The notes beneath the pieces were generated by a model, which saw nothing but the letters and a program-made list of their open reading frames with translations, did no database searches and was not told the origin of the DNA. From a virus (lineage: Duplodnaviria > Caudoviricetes), in the IMG/VR virus record IMGVR_UViG_3300037851_000542, positions 96,001 through 160,000 of that record: a DNA stretch of 64,000 bases; one strand, given 5' to 3'. Made by a program: the position numbers and the translations under genes. Within the stretch, counting starts at the first letter, position 1. The number at the start of each line of letters is the position of its first letter. Below are positions 56,950 through 64,000 of this stretch, in pieces.

Positions 56950-58998
56950 CTAGCCATTATTATCTTCTGATTCTATAGTAAAGCTCCAACTAAATTCTAA
57001 TTTATTACCCGCAAAATCTTGTGCTTCTAGTACTAAGTTCATAGTCTTTCCATATTCAAAGAATGGATTATTAGACTCTATATAGCCTGATAATGTCATA
57101 GAATTAAATCCTTCTCCTACTATTTCTGCACTTAAGTCATAATTTGGAAAAGGTACAGTATATAAATTTGTAGAATAGTTTGAATATTTAGGTATACAGG
57201 ATCGATTTGTAGTTAAAAAATCTACATCTATAATACTTTCATATGGTAATTTAACTCCTGATACACATACTTCATATCCCCACAGTAATTCTCTGCTAAA
57301 ATTTCTAAATACAAACTCAGTTCTTGGTGTGTAAGTTGCATTTAAATCTATTAAATCTTTTGAACTTGTGATGCTTGCTATTAAATCTAGTAGAAATATA
57401 TTAGGTATAATTTCCGCTGTCAAATCGTAATTACCTCCTGGTTCAAGTCCAACAATTTGAGCATTTAAATCAAACTGAGATCCTAGTGGTAGTTCTAATC
57501 CTTCTGCCTGTATATAAAAATTTAGCAAGGTGGACATTTCATAATCTGGATTTAATTGAAAATAAACCCTATAATAGGAATCTGATCCTGATATTGGTAC
57601 AAAAGTACTTGGTATAATTTGCCCATTCTTTATAACTCTTGATTCTGGTCTAGCTATTCCAGTTCCTGAGGTGTTTATATAGTCTACAAAGAATTGGGTT
57701 GGGGTTTCTGAGTTATATAAATCTGCCACATCAAAGGGTATAAAGTTATCTTCTGAGAATATGTGTAATCCTGATACTACTAAATATGAGTTAACTTCTG
57801 TTGTAAAATTAAATGACCCCGAAAATGTATTTGATGGATTAAATAGGTCTCCTACACTTATGTCAACATTTACTAATTGACCAAATTCTAAAAACGCATT
57901 GGGTTTTATAATAACCTCTAGTTCTCTGTTATCAGGTGAGCTGTTAAACTCATAAGTAGCATATGTTGTGTTTAAGTCTAGTCCAGATACTACAACTTCT
58001 GAATCTACACTTATTTTTAGAGTATTTATATCTATTCCTGTATGATCATCTTTAATATTAAAAACTATGTTAGTATTTACGTTATTACCTGTTGATAGGT
58101 TTACAGGGTAGGTATCTACTATATAAGGTGCATTTATATCTGGTGCGCCCGAAATAATTACAAGTAAGTCCTCTGTATCCCACACACCATAACTATAAAA
58201 GAATGATCCACTGTTACTTAAAACATCTATTGCACTTCCTGATACAATTACCTCTGAACCAAAAGGAAATCCACTCGGATTAGTGTATAAAAAATCAAAC
58301 TCCCTTAAACTTACCTGAGTTAAAAAAGTATTTGGATGAATAATATTCCCATTTTGTATAAACTGTGTACTATTAATGAAAATATTTATAGAGGAAGTTG
58401 TTATACTTGTTGTAGCATTGTCCTGTATTCTGAAGTACAAGTCCTGAAAAGGATCATTCATAAAAGATCCAGATATAGGGCTTGTATTGATTATAGCAGG
58501 AGGTAAGTCGTCTATTTGAGTAAGCTGACCTGTTGTAGTAATAGAATTTGGCGCGGTGAGTGTAAAGCTAACAGCTTCTCTTATTTTTGAACTTACTGGA
58601 CCGTTGTACTCTAATAAATTAGGACTATTAAGGGCTACTACACTGTAAGCATAAAGTAAATCTAATGTGGTTTTAGTAACCTTCTCTTCTTCTAAGCTTA
58701 TTAAAAAAGATCCTTGTACTAAATCTGGGCTTTGAAGATTAAGTATATTACTTGATACTTTTTCGGAACCTATAAATAAGGTTTGGTCAGTTACTACATC
58801 ATTTAAGGTCAATAAAGAAAAAAGATTATTATTTGTAGTTTTATTTATTACATTAAGTGTAGTAGTTGAGTTTATATTAACATCCTCTAAAGTAAACTGA
58901 GAATTATTTACCTCACTTTTGGGACTTACACCGCAAGATATAAAAGACCTTACTAAAGGAAACCCAATACTAAACTGGGTAGAAGTTACAATCGGCAT
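56950..58998 (-). CDS. Structural protein with Big_5-like Ig domains and DLxAxI repeats
   Basis: PAIINTSP..., PYIVDTYP...IKDDHTGIDINTL; DLNAQIVG, DLTAEIIP, DLIASITS and DLSAEIVG. Confidence 0.65.
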   Translation of the reverse strand: MPIVTSTQFSIGFPLVRSFISCGVSPKSEVNNSQFTLEDVNINSTTTLNVINKTTNNNLFSLLTLNDVVTDQTLFIGSEKVSSNILNLQSPDLVQGSFLISLEEEKVTKTTLDLLYAYSVVALNSPNLLEYNGPVSSKIREAVSFTLTAPNSITTTGQLTQIDDLPPAIINTSPISGSFMNDPFQDLYFRIQDNATTSITTSSINIFINSTQFIQNGNIIHPNTFLTQVSLREFDFLYTNPSGFPFGSEVIVSGSAIDVLSNSGSFFYSYGVWDTEDLLVIISGAPDINAPYIVDTYPVNLSTGNNVNTNIVFNIKDDHTGIDINTLKISVDSEVVVSGLDLNTTYATYEFNSSPDNRELEVIIKPNAFLEFGQLVNVDISVGDLFNPSNTFSGSFNFTTEVNSYLVVSGLHIFSEDNFIPFDVADLYNSETPTQFFVDYINTSGTGIARPESRVIKNGQIIPSTFVPISGSDSYYRVYFQLNPDYEMSTLLNFYIQAEGLELPLGSQFDLNAQIVGLEPGGNYDLTAEIIPNIFLLDLIASITSSKDLIDLNATYTPRTEFVFRNFSRELLWGYEVCVSGVKLPYESIIDVDFLTTNRSCIPKYSNYSTNLYTVPFPNYDLSAEIVGEGFNSMTLSGYIESNNPFFEYGKTMNLVLEAQDFAGNKLEFSWSFTIESEDNNG

Positions 58999-59000
58999 AA

Positions 59001-61280
59001 CTAGTTAGATATTGTACCACGAATGGTAACATTACCAGGTGTAGTACCTACTGAGTAAGTAGTTTGAGATATACCACTAGTGTTTGTATTTGAATTAGCA
59101 GGGTTTATAACTCCATCCCCAAGAGTTATGTCATAGTTAACTGTTATAGCGTTAAGAGGATCCCCCCAAGCACTTATAACTTCAGTTACGACAGTAGAGG
59201 TTTCGGATGTACCTGCTCTAAGGCTAGTATCTAGTAAATTTAATCCTGCAAAAGCTGGTACAGTTTTATCTATACTGTAACTACCTATTCTAAAATTATT
59301 ACCAGATTGGGAAGCTATATATAAAGTGTTATGATCATTGCCGTGCAGGTAAAAAGAACACTTTTCTCCTTTTTCACTCAAGATTACTGATTTGCTATTC
59401 CAAGAAGGAACATCAAGAAAAAGTTGCCTAGTAGATATTGAAGGACTTGATCCTGTTATGGTTAGTGTACCTACTTGAATTTCATTTATGATATCCGAGT
59501 AATCTAAAAACTGTAAGAATCCTCCAAATGTTCTATTAAAACATAAGTCTTGAATAGATCCCGTAAAGAGTCCAGATGATGGATAAATATTTGCATAAGG
59601 GGCAGTATATGTACCTGAAGAAGGAAAAGCATTACCACTTATTGGTATTTTATAAATATCACTATGTATTTTTATATAAGCATTAAATGATTCATCTACT
59701 GCTAAATTAGAGTTTTTACCTACAAGTGTTAGTGCAGAATCTACTATAAAAACTCCTGTATCAGTATACACATCAGACGTAACTTTATATCCTAGATTGT
59801 TTATAATTGTACTTGTGTTTCTAGCTTTAAAATCTATTTCATTAATTTTTATACCTGAAAATCCTATTGCCGGAACATCAGTAGAGAAAGCAATATCTAA
59901 AGCTCCTGTTTGCTGAACTTGTAAACTAAAGTTAGAAAAATATACTGGAGTTGGAAAGAAAGTTCCACTAGGATTGGCTATGTAATAAACATCAGGGTGT
60001 AAGGTAAAATACTTAGATCCGCTTGTTACTGCGTCTGCAAAGTTATATTCAATATTAAAACCACTACTGCCGCTTACTGTTAAATGCGTACCACTAGTAG
60101 TTGTAATCTCTAAATTGCCTTGTCCAGATGTTACTGGTGTAGTTTGATAATAAACTTGAAAATTTAATGGTACTCCTGATCCTGCCGCCGAAAAAAATCT
60201 AGGCTCACTTATATATGTAAATAAGTCATCTACATTGTAGGGTCTTCTAATACCACTAGGACTTAATACTAATCCTGTATTAGTTTTTGAATAGTTTGTA
60301 GAACCTTCATTATGGTATAATATTAGACTTTCTACATAATTTGTATTATCTATGCCTGATATTGTAATATCGATCCAGCCTGTACTAGTTACATCTTTAT
60401 AAAGATTGCTTATAGGTGCTCCTACTCCACTAACTGTATTATGCAAACTAGTAAATCTTAAATCAAAATTATTAAAATAACCAATTCCACCGCCACTTAC
60501 AATAGGACGAGAATTATTAAAATATCCCCCTGAAACTGCCATAGACACTAAATAAGTACCGCTTGTGTTAGTAACAACACCTTCTCTATAAGTTAACGAA
60601 TTGTTTATTGAAGGTTCAGTGCTCCTCTCAGACAAGAAGAGTCCATAGATAGAACTACTAGGAGTAGGAATAGCGCTATAATCTATTGAAGCGGAGCGAT
60701 CATACGTAGAGGGGACTGCTCCGGAAGTTCTAATAATTGCTAGATCCAAACCGTTAGCTGCTGAAACACCGGGAACAGTTTGCGTATTAAAAAAGGTAGG
60801 CGCTCCACTAAAATTAATCCTGCCAAGACTGCTATCAAGGTTGAATACTCCAAATCCTAAAAAAGCAGAATTATTTTGATAAATGCCCCATATAGATTTA
60901 AAACTGTTAAAACCTGATGTAACAAGTGGTTGATTAAAGTCTGGTAAATAAGTACTATTAAATCTTAAATCTTTAATAAAATCATCGTAATAACTACCGT
61001 CTCTGTAAAAGATATCAGTGTCGCTGAAAGTACTAACAAAACTTGCTGAATATAACTTATTGTTCAACTTATCATAAGCTATATCAAACAAGTAAGGTTC
61101 AGATTTAATATAACTTGCTGCGGATAAACCGTTTGTTTGAAAATAGAATAAATTACCGCTAAGTGCTATTAAATTAGCACCTGTGTGTATTACTTTTTTA
61201 GCATTAGTTAATTTGAGATAATTACTATCACCACTAATAGTTGTATCTATAGGTAAAATATCCCCTGGAAGTAATACCAT
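59001..61280 (-). CDS. Structural protein with C-terminal Big_1 (invasin-type Ig-like) domain
   Basis: C-terminal SLRAG...WGDPL...GDG..NP..SNTNTSG..TTY; paralogous ends to 61280-62380. Confidence 0.65.
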   Translation of the reverse strand: MVLLPGDILPIDTTISGDSNYLKLTNAKKVIHTGANLIALSGNLFYFQTNGLSAASYIKSEPYLFDIAYDKLNNKLYSASFVSTFSDTDIFYRDGSYYDDFIKDLRFNSTYLPDFNQPLVTSGFNSFKSIWGIYQNNSAFLGFGVFNLDSSLGRINFSGAPTFFNTQTVPGVSAANGLDLAIIRTSGAVPSTYDRSASIDYSAIPTPSSSIYGLFLSERSTEPSINNSLTYREGVVTNTSGTYLVSMAVSGGYFNNSRPIVSGGGIGYFNNFDLRFTSLHNTVSGVGAPISNLYKDVTSTGWIDITISGIDNTNYVESLILYHNEGSTNYSKTNTGLVLSPSGIRRPYNVDDLFTYISEPRFFSAAGSGVPLNFQVYYQTTPVTSGQGNLEITTTSGTHLTVSGSSGFNIEYNFADAVTSGSKYFTLHPDVYYIANPSGTFFPTPVYFSNFSLQVQQTGALDIAFSTDVPAIGFSGIKINEIDFKARNTSTIINNLGYKVTSDVYTDTGVFIVDSALTLVGKNSNLAVDESFNAYIKIHSDIYKIPISGNAFPSSGTYTAPYANIYPSSGLFTGSIQDLCFNRTFGGFLQFLDYSDIINEIQVGTLTITGSSPSISTRQLFLDVPSWNSKSVILSEKGEKCSFYLHGNDHNTLYIASQSGNNFRIGSYSIDKTVPAFAGLNLLDTSLRAGTSETSTVVTEVISAWGDPLNAITVNYDITLGDGVINPANSNTNTSGISQTTYSVGTTPGNVTIRGTISN

Positions 61281-62380
61281 TAATCAGATACCTCTATTTG
61301 AATTTGCACAGGACCTGCGACAGTACCTGCAGTGTATAAAGATGTTGCTATTCCACTTATATTAGTATTAACGACTAGTGGGTTTAGTACACCATCTCCT
61401 TGTGTTATTAGGAAATTTACTTGTTTATTATTTAAAGGTTCTCCCCATACATTTATGGCACTAGCGTATACATTGGAAGATGCTCCTGTTCCTGCTCTGA
61501 GACTTACATCCTCTAAATTGACGGCGGCAAAACCGGTAGATAACGAATCAACGTTATAACTGGACAGCACTGATCTATTTATTCCGGTATCTGTAGTTAC
61601 GAGATATAATGTATTATGGTCAAGCTCGTTATAAAAAAAGGATGAGTCGGAAGTACCGCTCATTGAGGACCGGTTAGATGTTGAAGCAGGTGCTAAAAAC
61701 AATTGCCTGTCTTTGTAGGTAGGCGAGTTTCCAGAAGTTACTGCCCAGGTCTCCAGTATAACTTCATCTACCGAAGGTTTATATTCAAAAAGCCCTATAA
61801 AGTGTGAATCTTTTCTACTATAAATTAAAGAACCTGCTGACTGATTAATGCCACTAGTTAGTAGGTTTATGTTTAAATCTGACTCAGTATACCCAGATAC
61901 GGACGGAAAAAGAGATCCGGAGGCTGGCAGGTCGTAGATCCCTTGATCTACACGCAGGTATACCTTGGCATAATCTGTTACTACTAGTTCCACTCTAGGT
62001 AGTATACTAGAAAAGTTAGAAGTTAAACCAGATATTACATTTAAATAGTTAAGTACATTGGTTACTACTACTCCTGCTGCAGTTACTTGTTCTACTATTA
62101 CTCCAATAATATTAGAACCACTTGTAGCCGCCCGTGCGGTGTAATACTTATTGTTATTAAAAGCCACGTCAAAAATATAATCATTAGCTGCTATATAGGC
62201 AGCTGTTTGTACACCATTTGTCTGGTAATAATAAAAACTAGGATTTAAGCTAGAAGATAGATCAGCTACAAGATAGTTACTGCCGTCGTGCAGAACTCTC
62301 TTTGCAGTAGTAGGTTTTAAATCTCCGGATGGAAAAGTTACCCCAGTACTTAATGGAATTACGTCGCCTTGAATTAACAT
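61280..62380 (-). CDS. Structural protein, short paralogue of 59001-61280, with Big_1 domain
   Basis: N-terminal L.QGDVIP...AKRVLH and C-terminal SLRAG...WGEPL...GDG.LNP..NTNISG. Confidence 0.65.
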   Translation of the reverse strand: MLIQGDVIPLSTGVTFPSGDLKPTTAKRVLHDGSNYLVADLSSSLNPSFYYYQTNGVQTAAYIAANDYIFDVAFNNNKYYTARAATSGSNIIGVIVEQVTAAGVVVTNVLNYLNVISGLTSNFSSILPRVELVVTDYAKVYLRVDQGIYDLPASGSLFPSVSGYTESDLNINLLTSGINQSAGSLIYSRKDSHFIGLFEYKPSVDEVILETWAVTSGNSPTYKDRQLFLAPASTSNRSSMSGTSDSSFFYNELDHNTLYLVTTDTGINRSVLSSYNVDSLSTGFAAVNLEDVSLRAGTGASSNVYASAINVWGEPLNNKQVNFLITQGDGVLNPLVVNTNISGIATSLYTAGTVAGPVQIQIEVSD

Positions 62381-63999
62381 TATTTTGTTCTATACACCTT
62401 TGGCTTTAATACAAAAAACGTATCTTTTCCATTTAATGAAAATGTAGATTTATCAATTTTAATTCCATTTTCTTGACCTAGAGCTGTTAAGCATATAGAT
62501 GAGTCAATAGGGACTAATACTTGACATTCCTTAGGATACTTATTAATAAATAGTACGTCAGACCCCTCAGAGGTTCTGAAGTCCCATACAGTGTTTAATA
62601 GGTTTCCTGCATAATCTGCTACTCTTAAATTTATATCTATATCCTTATCATTTAAATATTTACACTTAGTATTATAAACTATCTGATAAGTCTTATTTCC
62701 TAGACTTATAATTTCGGGGACGACCTTAATACCCTCAACATACATTTCTAAAGAATTAAAATCTATATCTGTTTGATTGTCCTGTATTATAGCATAAATT
62801 ACCGTATCTTGACTATTAGCTAGTGAGTTATTTGCTGGAAACACCTCTATAAGTACTGGCGCAATAAAATCATCTACTATTCCAAATGTATACTCTGTTG
62901 TAACAGTGTTAGGAGGTCCGTCAGTGTCTTGTATTTCTATGTATACTGATACTGTAGACCCATACTCAAAATCAACTGTAGGGTTATATACAAGCTCCAG
63001 ACCACCTCCAAAAGGAGTGATCGATAGTTGGTCTGTTATATCAATACCATTTACTTTAAAAACTAAAGTATTAGTATTTAAAGGTATATTTCCTATGCCT
63101 ATAATTCTTACTAGAATATTAGTATCTACTGGGTTTTTTATGCTAAAGGGCTTTGGAAGAGCAAATAGCAAATAAATATACTGATTTAAAGTTATTTCTT
63201 CTATTAATGGAGGCTTCTGATCTATAAATGACTTTTCAACTATTGTAGCAGTCTGATTAATAAAAGTCTTACTTAAATAAGTATACTGGTCAATAAAGGT
63301 GCTAAATTGTATAGACTGTACCTGATCAATAAATGTAACAGTAGATAAATCACTAGATTGCACTAGTTCAAGGTCTGATGTTAATGTTTTTTGCTCCAAC
63401 GGCGCTTTGGAAATAAGATCCCCTTTTTGCTCAATATAATTAGAATTATCTATAAATGCTAACTGCTCTACTGGAAATTTAAAGGGTATTTGAGATAATA
63501 CATCCCTAACTGTAATAGAAACCAGATCAGATACTAAGGGTATTCCTGAGTTATAACTGGTGATACCTTGTCCTGATGTGTTTGTAGTTATGGTAGTAAG
63601 ACCTGCTGTAATAAAGCCATAAATATTGTCATCAGATACAGTTAAGTTCCTTAAAAATACGGGTATATTATATTGGTCTAATGCCGTAACTATAAAGTTA
63701 CATGACTTGTTATCTCCTAACAAAACAGAGTTTGTTGTCCGGTCTACAGATATGGATTTAAAATTAGGCGCTAAAAACTCTTCTTCTATCTGATACCTGC
63801 TATTAGCCCCGACTTCATCCACAAATTGATCAGCTAAAGTATTAAAACTAGTTTTTTCTGTCTGAAGCTTTTGAACTGAGATATTTGAAATGATCATATC
63901 ATACACTTTGATAATATCATTTTTATTAGATTTTATATTATTCAGCAACAGGCTATTATTAAATCCAATGTTGGCACCTATGGGTTTATATTGATATAA
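62380..63999 (-). CDS. Ig-domain structural protein, 5'-partial (frame open to the right edge)
   Basis: The frame of the listed 63948 start stays stop-free to 63999. It contains a Big_1-like segment, [FYL]I[DEN]Q repeats and Big_5-like domains. Confidence 0.7.
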   Translation of the reverse strand, partial: LYQYKPIGANIGFNNSLLLNNIKSNKNDIIKVYDMIISNISVQKLQTEKTSFNTLADQFVDEVGANSRYQIEEEFLAPNFKSISVDRTTNSVLLGDNKSCNFIVTALDQYNIPVFLRNLTVSDDNIYGFITAGLTTITTNTSGQGITSYNSGIPLVSDLVSITVRDVLSQIPFKFPVEQLAFIDNSNYIEQKGDLISKAPLEQKTLTSDLELVQSSDLSTVTFIDQVQSIQFSTFIDQYTYLSKTFINQTATIVEKSFIDQKPPLIEEITLNQYIYLLFALPKPFSIKNPVDTNILVRIIGIGNIPLNTNTLVFKVNGIDITDQLSITPFGGGLELVYNPTVDFEYGSTVSVYIEIQDTDGPPNTVTTEYTFGIVDDFIAPVLIEVFPANNSLANSQDTVIYAIIQDNQTDIDFNSLEMYVEGIKVVPEIISLGNKTYQIVYNTKCKYLNDKDIDINLRVADYAGNLLNTVWDFRTSEGSDVLFINKYPKECQVLVPIDSSICLTALGQENGIKIDKSTFSLNGKDTFFVLKPKVYRTK

Positions 64000-64000
64000 T

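Noticed and set aside
599-63175. Short ORFs lying inside or antisense to long genes (e.g. 599-793, 6385-6687, 18311-18601, 28355-28678, 31403-31855, 45271-45603, 62906-63175)
   Set aside because: They are nested within longer, motif-bearing genes, have no recognisable motifs, and are typical shadow frames.
1-64000. tRNA, rRNA or other structured ncRNA genes
   Set aside because: Intergenic gaps are mostly under 110 nt and AT-rich, with no cloverleaf or T-loop (GTTCRA) context seen; a covariance search was not run.
1-64000. Bacterial chromosome or eukaryotic giant virus origin
   Set aside because: There are no ribosomal or core metabolic operons, and the PolA/DnaB/RecA/RuvC set with fibre motifs and tight overlaps fits a tailed phage rather than an NCLDV. 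Capsid and terminase genes are not in the window, so this remains an inference.

Overview
This AT-rich window (roughly 30-35% GC by eye, not computed) is densely coding in the standard genetic code. It looks like part of a large or jumbo tailed bacteriophage genome, with no rRNA, tRNA, CRISPR array or host housekeeping operon visible. Layout: (i) 1-16.3 kb is a minus-strand replication/recombination module with family A DNA polymerase, RecB/Cas4-like nuclease, RuvC-like resolvase, DnaJ, DnaG-like protein, DnaB helicase, RecA and a probable beta-type clamp. It is interleaved with an SDR, a patatin and a GT4-fold gene. (ii) 16.3-37.7 kb and 55-64 kb hold large Ser/Thr/Gly-rich, probably virion-associated proteins with repeat, propeller, lectin-like and Ig-like domains. 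(iii) 38-53 kb is an accessory region with PhoH, ClpP, an intact GT4, fibre-like paralogues, a secreted trypsin, an FAD oxidoreductase and small ORFs, followed by a Hef-like homing endonuclease. Main leads: a strong Ser-Gly dipeptide bias confined to the structural proteins, alongside one intact and one catalytically degenerate GT4 (candidate GtfA/GtfB-like virion O-glycosylation system); three full-length enzymes with eroded catalytic motifs (SDR, GT4, primase); an 8-bp tandem repeat that frame-switches an unannotated gene; a PolA with a clamp-binding-like motif in the same module as a probable clamp gene; a roughly 43-copy DLxAxI repeat; and a recurring intergenic TATACTAT motif. All family calls come from motif recognition by eye; no database searches were run.
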